Positions 8,801 through 18,905 of a stretch of DNA of 64,000 nucleotides are shown one piece after another; within the stretch, counting starts at the first letter, position 1; every line of letters starts with the position of its first letter. Location: positions 12,261 to 76,260 of the forward strand of contig CAVRXX010000030.1 of NCBI GenBank assembly GCA_963725195.1, in the 5' to 3' direction. Source of the DNA: an uncultured Alphaproteobacteria bacterium. GTDB taxonomy: Bacteria > Pseudomonadota > Alphaproteobacteria > Rhizobiales > Beijerinckiaceae. A model generated the notes under the pieces. The model was not told the origin of the DNA and ran no database searches. It saw only the letters and a program-made list of their open reading frames with translations. The translations under genes and the position numbers were made by a program.

Positions 8801-9541
8801 ATGGACGGGCGTCCGCTGATCGACGCCGAAGGAATTGTCAAGCGTTATGGCGAAACCGAGGTTCTGAAGGGTGTCGACCTTCGCGTCTCCGAGGGCGAAC
8901 TCGTCTTCCTTATCGGACCGTCAGGCTCGGGCAAGAGCACGCTCCTCCGGTGCTGCAACCTTCTGGAGCGGCCCGACGGCGGTGCGCTTTTTGTCGATGG
9001 CGTCGACATGCTCGCACGCAGCCTTGACGTCAATGGGATGCGGCAGCGCATCGGCATGGTGTTCCAGAGTTTCAATCTCTATCCGCATCTCAAGGCCCTC
9101 GACAACGTCACGCTGGCGCTGCGGAAGGTGCAGAAAATGTCCCGGGCCGAGGCCAATGCGCTCGCGATGGAGACGCTCGCGCTTGTCGGCATGGCGGAAA
9201 AAGCGGACGCTTATCCGAGTCAGCTTTCAGGCGGCCAGCAGCAGCGCGTCGGAATTGCTCGCGCGCTGGCGCTGAAACCGAAGATCATCCTGATGGACGA
9301 GCCGACTTCCGCGCTGGACCCGGAGCTCGTCGGCAGCGTTTTGGCCGTGGTCAAGGATCTGCGCGAACGGGGCATGACGATGGTCATCGCCAGCCACGAG
9401 ATGAATTTCGCCCGCGATGCGGCGGACCGGGTGCTGTTCCTCGATGGCGGCGTGATCGTCGAGGAAGGCGAAGCCGAAGCCATTTTCACTGCGCCACGCG
9501 AGGAGCGTACGCGGCGTTTCCTGCATCAGGTCAGGCGTTGA
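8801..9541 (+). CDS. Polar amino acid ABC transporter ATP-binding protein
   Basis: GPSGSGKST, LSGGQQQRV, LMDEPTSALDPE. Confidence 0.95.
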   Translation: MDGRPLIDAEGIVKRYGETEVLKGVDLRVSEGELVFLIGPSGSGKSTLLRCCNLLERPDGGALFVDGVDMLARSLDVNGMRQRIGMVFQSFNLYPHLKALDNVTLALRKVQKMSRAEANALAMETLALVGMAEKADAYPSQLSGGQQQRVGIARALALKPKIILMDEPTSALDPELVGSVLAVVKDLRERGMTMVIASHEMNFARDAADRVLFLDGGVIVEEGEAEAIFTAPREERTRRFLHQVRR

Positions 9542-9551
9542 GGGCTGGGCC

Positions 9552-10235
9552 ATGACAGCTTGGGACCGATTCCTCTTCACCTTCTTCAACGCAGAAGTCG
9601 CGGCGAAAACCTGGCGCGACGTTGCGAGCGGGCTCGGCGTGTCCGTCTTCGCCGGGCTCGCGGTCGTCCTGACCGGCATCGGACTTGGGGCCCTGCTGGC
9701 CGGCCTGCGCTCGTTCGGCTTTCGGTTGGCGAACGCGCCGATCCTTGTCTTCGTCGACGTGTTTCGCGCGCTGCCGCCGCTCGCGATCATACTCGTTGTG
9801 TTCTTCGGCCTGCCGAATGTCGGCGTGACGCTTCCAAGTCTCGTTGTGTTGTGGCTGTCGCTGAGCCTCGTTCTCGCCGCCTTCGCCGAGGAGGTCTTCT
9901 GGGCCGGCATCACCTCTGTGCCGCAGGGACAGTGGCTGGCGGCGCGGTCGACTGGGCTCAGCTTCATGGGCGCGCTCGTTCATGTTGTCTTTCCCCAGGC
10001 GTTCCGACTGGCGATTCCGCCCCTGACGAACCGGACGATCTCGATCACCAAAAATCTCGCGCTCGGCAGCGCCATCGGGGTCGATGAGATCTTGGGACGC
10101 GCCTCCTCCGAGCTATCGCTGACCTCCAACGCCACGCCGCTAACGATCGGCGCCGCGTTCTACGTACTCCTGTTCATCCCGCTCATCGCGCTTTCGCGCC
10201 GCCTCGAACGGCGCACATCCTGGGGAGCGCGCTAA
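9552..10235 (+). CDS. Amino acid ABC transporter permease
   Basis: Hydrophobic protein with FRALPPL and EAA-like GQWLAARSTGLS. Confidence 0.9.
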   Translation: MTAWDRFLFTFFNAEVAAKTWRDVASGLGVSVFAGLAVVLTGIGLGALLAGLRSFGFRLANAPILVFVDVFRALPPLAIILVVFFGLPNVGVTLPSLVVLWLSLSLVLAAFAEEVFWAGITSVPQGQWLAARSTGLSFMGALVHVVFPQAFRLAIPPLTNRTISITKNLALGSAIGVDEILGRASSELSLTSNATPLTIGAAFYVLLFIPLIALSRRLERRTSWGAR

Positions 10236-10897
10236 TGGAGGCGATCCGCGACGAGTTCTTCAATATCCCCATCATGGTCCGCGTCCTGCCGATGATCCTC
10301 GCGGGTCTCAAGGAAACCCTGCTGCTTTGCGCGATCCTGATCCCCATCGGTCTAATCTCCGGCGTTGGCGCTATGCTCCTCGCGACATCCCCCCGCCGCG
10401 TCCTGCGCTGGCCGGCGATGACCTTCATCGATCTTTTCCGCGCCTTTCCTCCACTCGTCCTCATCATCTTCGTCTATGCGGGCATCCCGTTTCTTGGCTA
10501 CGAGATTCCAGCGCTCGCCGCGGTCGCCATCGCTTTCTTCTGCAATTCGGCGAGCTACTATGGCGAGATCTACCGCGCCGGAATGAAAATGGTTCCTCCT
10601 GAGCAGGCCGACGCTGCGCGTTCGACGGGCCTTACAGCCACGCAGGCGTTTCTTTTCGTCACATTCCCGCAAGGCGTTCGCAATGTGCTGCCCGATCTCA
10701 TCTCGAATACAGTCGAGCTCGTGAAGCTGACGACGCTTGCCAGCGTCGTTTCGGCGCCGGAGCTGCTGCATGAAGCCGATCTGGCGCGCTCGCTCACTTA
10801 CAACACCTCGCCTCTCATTCTTGCCTCGCTCATCTACCTCGTTGCGCTGTGGCCGGTTGTGCGGCTCATGGCCCGTCTGGAGCATCGCCTGTCATGA
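10235..10897 (+). CDS. Amino acid ABC transporter permease
   Basis: FRAFPPLV, SYYGEIYRAG, QADAARSTGL; translationally coupled to the previous gene (TAATG). Confidence 0.9.
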   Translation: MEAIRDEFFNIPIMVRVLPMILAGLKETLLLCAILIPIGLISGVGAMLLATSPRRVLRWPAMTFIDLFRAFPPLVLIIFVYAGIPFLGYEIPALAAVAIAFFCNSASYYGEIYRAGMKMVPPEQADAARSTGLTATQAFLFVTFPQGVRNVLPDLISNTVELVKLTTLASVVSAPELLHEADLARSLTYNTSPLILASLIYLVALWPVVRLMARLEHRLS

Positions 10898-11550
10898 CCG
10901 CTGCTGTTTCGTGTGCGAACGCGCCCATCATCGTCATCAATCCGAACAGTGTCGAGGCAGTGACGCGCGGGATCGAGGACGCGATTGCGGAGGCCTTTCC
11001 TGCGCTTCCTGTGGAGTGCCTCACGATCGCAGAGAACCCTGCCGAGATCATCACCGCCGATCACATCGCCGCTTCCGGCGAGCGCGTCGCCGCGCTTGTT
11101 GGGCGGCGTTCCGACGCGGCGGCCTTCGTCATCGCCTGCTATGCGCAGCCGGGTCTCGACGCGGCTTCGTCGCTTACGCGCCGTCCGGTCGTCGGTATTC
11201 AGGACGCCGGCGTTCGCTCCGCCATCGCGCAAGGCCTGCGATTTGGCGTGATCGCGCTCTCTGATAGGGCGATCATGCGCCATCGGGCGCGCATCGAGGA
11301 CCTCGGCGCCCTTTCTTCGCTGGTCGCCGAGGTCGTGCTGGAGAAAGAGGGCGGCGATCCGCTTGACCGTCTTTCCCATGCGGGCGAGCGGCTGAGAACG
11401 CTTGGCGCCGAATGCATCATTCTCGGCTGCGCCGGATTCTCGCCGGAACGCGCAAGGCTCGAGGCAAAACTCGGTGCGCCGGTGATCGATCCGACCTTGG
11501 CCGCCGTCGCCGAAGCCGCGGCGTTGGCGCGCATCGTCTCGCACGCCTGA
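10894..11550 (+). CDS. Asp/Glu/hydantoin racemase family protein
   Basis: IIVINPNS, FVIACY, PVVGI, IILGCAG, PVIDPT with two catalytic Cys. Confidence 0.85.
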   Translation: MTAAVSCANAPIIVINPNSVEAVTRGIEDAIAEAFPALPVECLTIAENPAEIITADHIAASGERVAALVGRRSDAAAFVIACYAQPGLDAASSLTRRPVVGIQDAGVRSAIAQGLRFGVIALSDRAIMRHRARIEDLGALSSLVAEVVLEKEGGDPLDRLSHAGERLRTLGAECIILGCAGFSPERARLEAKLGAPVIDPTLAAVAEAAALARIVSHA

Positions 11551-11578
11551 GCGCGCGGCCTCAATATCGGAGATCGAC

Positions 11579-12961
11579 ATGACGGACTTCGCTCTGGTGT
11601 TGCAAGGCTCCGTGATCCTGCCGGACCGCATCCTGAGAAACGGCTATGTCGCGGTCGCGGATGGCAGGATCGCCGAAGTCGGGCAAGGCCATGCGCCCTC
11701 CGCGCGTGAAAGCCACCGTCTTGGCGCAGCTTTCATCCTGCCCGGCGTCATCGACGCGCAGGTCCATTCGCTGTCACAGAAAAACCAGGAGGACTTCATC
11801 TGGTCGACCCGCGCCGCAGCCGCGGGCGGCGTCACGACGATCGTCGACATGCCCTATGATGAAGGGGATCTGATCTCATCCGCGGCGGCTGTGAAGCGCA
11901 AGGCCGCCCATGCGGGGGAGCAGGCGCGGGTTGATTTCGCCCTTTATGGCACAGTCGATCCCGATGAGGGCGCCGTGCGCATCGCCGAGCAGGCGGAAGC
12001 GGGAGTCGCCGCGTTCAAGTTCTCGACCTTCGGCACGGACCCAAAGCGGTTCCCGCGCATCCCAGCGCCGCTCATGGCGGAATGTTTCGCGGCGGTGGCG
12101 CCGACCGGGCTAACGGCGGGCGTGCACAATGAAGACGACGAGTACGTCCGCGCCAGCATGGCGAAGGTGAAAGCGGCCGGGATTACGGACTGGCGGGCCC
12201 ACGGTCTTTCGCGGCCGCCCCTGACCGAGCTTCTGGCGATGACCTCGATCTACGAGATCGGCGCCGCGACAGGTTGCCCGGCTCATGTCGTCCATTGTTC
12301 GCTCGGGCGGGGATACGAGATTGCGGCGAGCTACAAGGCGCAGGGCTACGCTGCGACAGCGGAGTGCCTCATCCACTACCTGATGCTGGACGAGGAAAAC
12401 GATGCGCGCCGACTCGGCGGCCGTTCCAAATGCAATCCTCCTTTGAGGCCCCGCGCCGAGGTCGAGAAACTGTGGCGCCGCCTCGCGGCGGGCGACGTCG
12501 ATCTCGTCTCAACCGACCATGTAAACTGGTCGCTCGACCGCAAGACCGATCCCGACATGCTCGCCAATGCGTCCGGCCTGCCCGGTCTCGAGACTATGGC
12601 GCCGCTCTTCGTCAAGGGCGCGCTCGACCGCGGAGTTCCGCTTACCTGGATGGCGAAGCTGATGGCTGAGAATCCCGCGAAGCACTTCCGGCTCGATCAT
12701 CTGAAGGGCGCGCTGACGCCCGGGCGCGACGCGGACATCATGGTGCTCACTCCTCAATCTTACGTGGTGGATACGGCGAAGAGTGGCAACAGCGTCGCGG
12801 GCTGGTCGCCCTTCGATGGCATGACCCTTCCCTACAAGGTCGCCGCAACCTACGTGCGCGGTCGCCTTGCCTATGACGGAGCCAAGGTATTGGCGGAACC
12901 GGGTAGCGGCCGTTTCGTCCGTCCGCCCGAGCGCATCCTCATCGCGGACAAGGCGGCATGA
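11579..12961 (+). CDS. Cyclic amidohydrolase (hydantoinase/allantoinase/dihydroorotase family)
   Basis: LPGVIDAQVH, AAAAGGVTTIVDMP, HVVHCS, KCNPPLR, VSTDH. Confidence 0.88.
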   Translation: MTDFALVLQGSVILPDRILRNGYVAVADGRIAEVGQGHAPSARESHRLGAAFILPGVIDAQVHSLSQKNQEDFIWSTRAAAAGGVTTIVDMPYDEGDLISSAAAVKRKAAHAGEQARVDFALYGTVDPDEGAVRIAEQAEAGVAAFKFSTFGTDPKRFPRIPAPLMAECFAAVAPTGLTAGVHNEDDEYVRASMAKVKAAGITDWRAHGLSRPPLTELLAMTSIYEIGAATGCPAHVVHCSLGRGYEIAASYKAQGYAATAECLIHYLMLDEENDARRLGGRSKCNPPLRPRAEVEKLWRRLAAGDVDLVSTDHVNWSLDRKTDPDMLANASGLPGLETMAPLFVKGALDRGVPLTWMAKLMAENPAKHFRLDHLKGALTPGRDADIMVLTPQSYVVDTAKSGNSVAGWSPFDGMTLPYKVAATYVRGRLAYDGAKVLAEPGSGRFVRPPERILIADKAA

Positions 12962-14223
12962 GCGGCAACCTGCCGGTCGACGCCGCCCGTATCGCTGAGG
13001 ACATCGACGCGCTGGCCCGCCTGACCGAGCCCGATCGGCCCTGGACGCGCCGCGTCTTTTCGCCGCTTTTTCTTGAAGGCCGTGCATACATTGAAGCGCG
13101 CATGCGCTCTGCGGGACTCGAGACGCGGGTCGACGCCGCCGGCAATCTCATCGGCCGGCGCGCGGGGAATAGGAGAGCTAAGGGCGTGATCATGCTCGGC
13201 TCGCATTCCGACACGGTTCCGGACGGCGGTCGTTTCGACGGGGTCGCAGGCGTCGTCGCGGCGCTGGAAATCGCGCGGTCTCTGGCGGAGCGGGGTGTCG
13301 ATCTGGCCCATGATCTGGAGATCGTCGACTTTCTCGCCGAAGAGGTGAGTCCGTTCGGCGTGTCCTGCATCGGCAGCCGAGGTATGACCGGGCAGATGCC
13401 CGAGGCGTGGCTCATGAGGCGGAACGAGAGCGGCGCGCTCGCGGATGCGCTTGCTTCCGTCGGCGGCGATCCGGCCGCCGTTTTGAAGCAGAGCAGGCCC
13501 GACATCACTGCTTTCCTCGAACTGCATATCGAGCAGGGGCCTGTGCTGGAGCGGGAGGGTCGCGACATCGGCCTCGTCACGGGCATCGCTGGGATCACGC
13601 GCTTCGAGATCGTCGATCGAGGGCCGGCCGGATCACGCCGGCACGACGCCAATGGACGCGCGCTCCGATGCGCTGGTCGCTGCCTCTGATCTCGTGCTGA
13701 AGATTCGCGACGAGGCTTTGCGTCTGCCCGCGAAAGCCAGGCCACTTCGCCGCGACTGTCGGCGAGTTCTCCATGGCGCCTAACGCGGCCAACGTCGTTC
13801 CCGGCCATGTCCGCCTGCTGATCGACGCGCGCGCCGAACGGAGGGCCGACATGGAGACTTTCGCCTCATGGCTCGACCAGGCGGTCGCGAGACGTCGCGC
13901 GCCATCATGACGTCACCAGCCCTGCACCCGCGTGCGTCTCGGACAGCAAGCCAGTCGCATGCGATCCTCGACTTCTCGAAGTTCTGGCAGCAGCGGCCCA
14001 GGCGACCGGTGCGACGACGCGCTCTCTCGCCTCGGGCGCCGGCCACGATGCAGCGTGGATCGCGCGCGTGGCGCCGGCGGCGATGATCTTCGTGCCAAGC
14101 CGAGGAGGACGCAGTCACGCCCCCGACGAATGGACCGACAACGATGCGATCGCGCGCGGCGCCGCTGTCCTCTTCGAAGCGGTGATCGCCCTCGACGCCA
14201 ATGCCCAGATAACGGAGACATAA
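12958..14223 (+). CDS. M20 Zn-dependent N-carbamoyl-amino acid hydrolase; several indels from ~13615 onward
   Basis: GSHSDTVPDGGRFDG, FLAEE, FLELHIEQGPVL. Shifted frames give DHAGTTPM, NVVPG, SGAGHDAA and MIFVPSRGGRSHAPDE to TAA 14223. Confidence 0.85.
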
Positions 14224-14226
14224 CGG

Positions 14227-15321
14227 ATGGGCCGCATACTGGTCGAGAAAGACGTCGAGGCCGCCGTCAAGGGCGGTTCGGTCTACGCCGCCGGCGGAGG
14301 GGGCTGGGCCGATCATGGACGGATGCTCGGCCGTGCGGCGGTTAACGCCGGCAAGCCGGAGCTGGTTTCGATTGACGAACTCAAGGATGGCGACTGGGTT
14401 GCGACTGCCGCAGCCATTGGCGCGCCTGCGTCGACAACGCCATGGGAGATGCGCGGCGTCGATTACGTCAAGGCGGTGCAGCTCCTTCAAGAAGCATTGG
14501 GGGCGCCGCTCGCCGCGCTGATGATCGGACAGAACGGCCGCTCGTCGACCCTCAACGCTTGGTTGCCTTCAGCGATCCTCGGCGTGAAGGCGCTGGACGC
14601 CGTCGGCGACATGCGCGCCCACCCCACCGGCGACATGGGGTCCATTGGCATGGCGGGGTCGCCGGAACCGACGATCCAGACGGCGGTCGGCGGGAACAGG
14701 GCGGAGAATCGGTACATCGAGCTTGTCGTGAAGGGCGCGACGGCGAAGGTCTCCCCGGTCCTGCGTACGGCGGCTGATCATGCGGGGGGCTTCATCGCTT
14801 CGGCCCGCAATCCATTGCGCGCGTCTTACGTGCGCGCGCATGCGGCGCTCGGGGGCATATCGCTGGCTCTGAAATTGGGAGAGGCGATCATCGAGGCGGA
14901 GCGGCGCGGCGGCGCGGCGGTGATCGACGCGATCTGCAACACGACCGGCGGCCATATCCTTGCCGAAGGGACAATTCGTTCCAAGCGGGTTTCCTACATG
15001 AACGAAGCCTTCGACATCGGTTCGCTCGTCGTCGGAGACGGCGACCAGGCCGTGACCCTGCATGTTATGAACGAATATATGGCGGTCGATGACGCAGGCG
15101 GAAAGCGGCTCGCGACCTTTCCGTCGGTCATCACCACCCTTTCGCCTGAGGGCGATACCCTCAGCGTCGGCGAGCTTCGCGAGGGCATGGGTGTCCTGAT
15201 CCTGCATGTCCCGAAAGAGATCCTGCCGCTTTCGGCGAGCGTCCTCGACGCGACAGTGTATCCGCCCGTAGAGAAGGCCATGGGGATCGAGATCTCTCGC
15301 TATGCGCTTCAGGGCCGCTAA
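14227..15321 (+). CDS. DUF917 family protein (thiohydantoin desulfurase/desulfhydrase-like)
   Basis: N-terminal AAGGGG motif, DMRAHPTG, VMNEYM, ATFPSVIT; hydantoinase-urocanase context. Confidence 0.78.
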   Translation: MGRILVEKDVEAAVKGGSVYAAGGGGWADHGRMLGRAAVNAGKPELVSIDELKDGDWVATAAAIGAPASTTPWEMRGVDYVKAVQLLQEALGAPLAALMIGQNGRSSTLNAWLPSAILGVKALDAVGDMRAHPTGDMGSIGMAGSPEPTIQTAVGGNRAENRYIELVVKGATAKVSPVLRTAADHAGGFIASARNPLRASYVRAHAALGGISLALKLGEAIIEAERRGGAAVIDAICNTTGGHILAEGTIRSKRVSYMNEAFDIGSLVVGDGDQAVTLHVMNEYMAVDDAGGKRLATFPSVITTLSPEGDTLSVGELREGMGVLILHVPKEILPLSASVLDATVYPPVEKAMGIEISRYALQGR

Positions 15322-16982
15322 TGCCGACACCGAATCCGCGCCATCCGCGCTTTCCGATACCCGGCGGCCCTGCGCGGCGAGCAAAGGGTTGGCGCCAGGA
15401 GTCGCTGCTGCGTCTTCTCGAAAACGTGCTTGCGGTCGGCGAGGACCCGGACAATCTCGTCGTCTATGCAGCGCTGGGCAAGGCGGCGCGGAACTGGCCC
15501 TCCCATCGCGCGATCGTCGAAACTCTCCTATCGATGGACGAGGGCCAGACGCTCTTGATCCAGTCGGGAAAGCCCGTGGCCTTGATGAACACCCACGCGC
15601 GGGCGCCCCTGGTCATCATGGCCAACTGCAACATCGTCGGCCAATGGGCCAAGGCGGAGGTCTTCTACGAACTTCAGCGCAAGGGGCTGATCGCATGGGG
15701 CGGCCTCACCGCCGGCGCCTGGCAGTACATCGGCAGCCAGGGAGTGATCCAGGGCACCTATGAGATCTTCATGCGGATCGCCGAGAAGCGGTTTGGCGGT
15801 TCGTTGGCGGGCCGCTTCATCCTGACGGCCGGATTGGGCGGGATGGGGGGCTCACAGCCGCTCGCTGGAAGGATGGCGGGCGCCGCCATCCTTTGCGTGG
15901 AAGTCGATCCAGAGCGCGCCAAAAAGCGGGAGGCGATCGGCTATCTCGACGAAATTGCGCCTGACCTCGACAACGCGCTCACGCGCATCCAAGAGGCCGT
16001 CAAGGAGAAGCGCGCGCTATCAGTCGGACTCGTCGGAAACGCCGCCGATATCTATCCAGAGATCGCCCGGCGCGGGATCACGCCCGACATCGTGACCGAT
16101 CAGACCTCCGCGCATGACCTCGTTTACGGATACGTCCCGAAGGGTATGAGTCTTGAGGAGGTGCGCCGCTTGCGCGAGGAGGGCCAGGGACAGTTGATGG
16201 CCGCCAGCCGCGCCTCGATCGCCAACGAAGTGCGAGCCATGCTGCATTTCCGGCGAGCGGGCGCTGAGGTCTTCGACAATGGCAATCTCATTCGCACGCA
16301 GGCGAAGGAGGCCGGCGTTGTCGACGCATTCGAGATCCCGATCTTCACCGAGGCCTATCTGCGTCCGCTGTTCGCTCGCGCCATCGGGCCGTTTCGTTGG
16401 ATCGCGGTGTCGGGCGAGCCAAACGACATTGCGCGGATCGACGAACTCGTCCTCGAGATGTTTCCGGACAACGCGATCGTCACGAACTGGATTCGTCTGG
16501 CGCGCGCCAACATCCCGTTCGAGGGTTTGCCGGCTCGAATCGCTTGGCTCGGTCACGGAGAGCGGACAGCGCTGGCGCTTCGGGTCAACGATCTCGTTGC
16601 GCGCGTCGAACTCGCCGGCCCGATCGCATTCTCGCGCGACCATCTCGACGCCGGCGCCATGGCGCACCCGAATATCATGACGGAGCGCATGAAGGACGGA
16701 TCGGACGCCATAGCCGACTGGCCGCTTCTCGACGCTATGACGCTCTGCGCATCCATGGCCGATCTCGTGGCGTTGCACTCGGGCGGGGGCGGATATTCCG
16801 GCTACATGACGAGCGCCGGCGTGACGGTCGTCGCCGATGGAACGCCGGAGGCGGCCGAACGTTTGGATCGTGCGCTCACCAATGACACAGCCCTTGGAGT
16901 CATCCGCTACGCCGACGCCGGCTATTCGGATTCGGTTGAGGAAATCGAAGCGAAAGGCGTACCCTATATCCGCTTGGGGTAA
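15321..16982 (+). CDS. Urocanate hydratase family protein (probable thiourocanate-type paralogue)
   Basis: QSGKPV, GGLTAGAWQYIGSQGVIQGTYE, AGLGGMGGSQPLA, TDQTSAHD, RDHLD, DGSDAIADWPLL. Confidence 0.92.
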   Translation: MPTPNPRHPRFPIPGGPARRAKGWRQESLLRLLENVLAVGEDPDNLVVYAALGKAARNWPSHRAIVETLLSMDEGQTLLIQSGKPVALMNTHARAPLVIMANCNIVGQWAKAEVFYELQRKGLIAWGGLTAGAWQYIGSQGVIQGTYEIFMRIAEKRFGGSLAGRFILTAGLGGMGGSQPLAGRMAGAAILCVEVDPERAKKREAIGYLDEIAPDLDNALTRIQEAVKEKRALSVGLVGNAADIYPEIARRGITPDIVTDQTSAHDLVYGYVPKGMSLEEVRRLREEGQGQLMAASRASIANEVRAMLHFRRAGAEVFDNGNLIRTQAKEAGVVDAFEIPIFTEAYLRPLFARAIGPFRWIAVSGEPNDIARIDELVLEMFPDNAIVTNWIRLARANIPFEGLPARIAWLGHGERTALALRVNDLVARVELAGPIAFSRDHLDAGAMAHPNIMTERMKDGSDAIADWPLLDAMTLCASMADLVALHSGGGGYSGYMTSAGVTVVADGTPEAAERLDRALTNDTALGVIRYADAGYSDSVEEIEAKGVPYIRLG

Positions 16983-17115
16983 CGTACCGCACTCAACAAT
17001 CTGCAGGCCGCGTGCATCGCGCACCCCGGGCGGTCAGAGACGCCGCTTATCTTCCCAGCGGGTAGAGCGGTCTTTTCTTGGGCCGCGATATAGCCCTACT
17101 GCGCGCCACGGGCTA

Positions 17116-17426
17116 TCACTTGTCGTAAGGGCTCAGCATCTCGAAAAAGCGAAGCTCGACCGGCTTGGTGAGATATTCGCCCTGTTTCGCGAACCAGTCC
17201 TTCTGGTAGTCGAGCGCGATGTGGCGGTCGAAGTCCGAGCGCTCCGCCCAGTTCTCGTAGAAATAGAACATGTTCGGGTCATCGAGGCTGACATGAAAGT
17301 GGCAGTCTGCGCAGCCCTGCTCGGACCACGACTTGCCGACGAAACTTGTGAGCAATTTGAGCAGTTCGGCCCGCCTCTCTGGCTTGGCGCTGGCAAAGGC
17401 CCTATAGGCCTGCCGCAGATCGCCAT
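17116..17426 (-). CDS. ABM-domain putative quinol monooxygenase (one indel just after the start codon)
   Basis: AKPERRAELL...SEQGC..DDPNMFYFYENW..FDRH; GGAGG RBS before ATG 17426. Confidence 0.7.
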
Positions 17427-17699
17427 GACCACGCCTCCCTGACGCGTAATGCTTTGCCAATGATTCATATCTCGACTTGCCCGAGTTCGAAAGCACGTCC
17501 CGTTGTTCGTCTATATGAACTCCCGGGGATCGGATTCGCAGCGCAGAGCGTGCCTGCGGGCGCTGGCTTCGCGCCCCGATTTGCCGCCGAATGACGGCGC
17601 AGGACGAATGCGAAGGCGCTGTCATGAGCGGCGGAAGGCGTTCGTTGGTTCCGCCAATTCTAAGGGGTTGACACGCCGCGACCTGAATATCCGCGCAGG

Positions 17700-18490
17700 A
17701 TTCTAACCAGGCGGTCGGCACGGCGAGGCTTGGCGCGCATTCGGCGCTGGTGGCGATGATCGGGACGGACAAGCTTGCCGGCATCGCGACTGACCTCTAT
17801 GCGGCGGAGGCGGTCGACACGACCCATCTCACTGTGCGTCGTGAGCGCGCGACCGGCGTCGGCTTCATCATCCTCAACGAGAAGGGCGAGAACTTCATCA
17901 TTCTCGACATGGGCGCGAACGAGCTCCTGGACGCCACCGCCGTCGACGCGGCCGAGAGCCGAATCGCTGAAAGCTCTGTCGTCATGGCGGTGCTGGAAGT
18001 GCCGATCGCAGCGGCGTCGCGAGCGATGGAGCTTGGCCGGAAGCACGGCGCGCGAACAATTCTCAATCCCGCCCCGGCCCGGGCGCTGCCGCCAGAGATA
18101 TTCGCGGACGTCGACTACCTGACGCCGAACGAGCGAGCTGCGCATCCTCCTCGGCCTTCCGGCCCACGACCCGAGCTCGTCGCGCGAGCTCGCGGCGGGG
18201 CTGCGCAAGCGGGGAGTGCGGACCGTCGTTGTCACACTCGGGCGCACGGGCGCGCTGATCCTCGCTGAAGACCTCGACGTGATGGTGCCGGCCGTGCCCG
18301 TCGATGTCGTCGACACGACCGGCGCGGGCGATGCGTTCAATTCAGGGTTCGCCGTTGCGCTGGCGGAAGGGCGGAGCGTCGTGGACGCGGTGAGATACGG
18401 CGTGGTCTGCGGCGCCATCGCCTGTACGAAGCTTGGCGTTGTCCCAAGCCTTCCCGACCGCGCCCGCGCCGACGCGGTCTATGCCGCCTC
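17700..18490 (+). pseudogene. Ribokinase (PfkB family), lacking its N-terminus, frameshift near 18135, fused in frame to RbsD
   Basis: SNQAVGTARLG, TGVGFIILN, YLTPNE, VDTTGAGDAFNSG; no start or first ~40 aa seen. Confidence 0.78.
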
Positions 18491-18905
18491 CATGGGACAT
18501 GGCGATCTCATGATTGTCTGCGATGCGGGTTTTCCAATTCCTTCGACCGCCTGGCGAATCGACCTCGCCATCACGCCCGACGTGCCGGATCTCGCTACGG
18601 TTCTAACCCCGATTTCCGAGAACCTGATCGTGGAGCGCCTTTCCTATGCGGACACTTTGCCAGAGTATAACGCGCCGCTGCTTGCGACGATCAAGCGGCT
18701 CTTCGGCGACGCCGAACTTGCGCCGGTGAAGCACGAGGCGATCCTCGGCGAGATGGCGGCGAAGGCCAAAGTGATCGTGCGCACCGGCGCGTTCGACCCC
18801 TGGGGGAATATCCTGCTCTATTCGGGCGTGGGCGCGCCGGCCTGGTTCTCAAAACCCGGCGTCAAAGCCCCGGATTATTACGCCAAGAAGCTCAAGAAGG
18901 GCTGA
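18490..18905 (+). CDS. rbsD: D-ribose pyranase / RbsD-FucU domain (lacks its own N-terminus)
   Basis: ASMGHGDLMIVCDAGFPIP, RIDLA, VIVRTG..PWGNILL. Confidence 0.78.

Noticed and set aside
15321-16982. Ordinary histidine utilisation gene hutU
   Set aside because: No hutH/I/G/F/C nearby; the neighbours are DUF917 and hydantoin enzymes, so no symbol was assigned.
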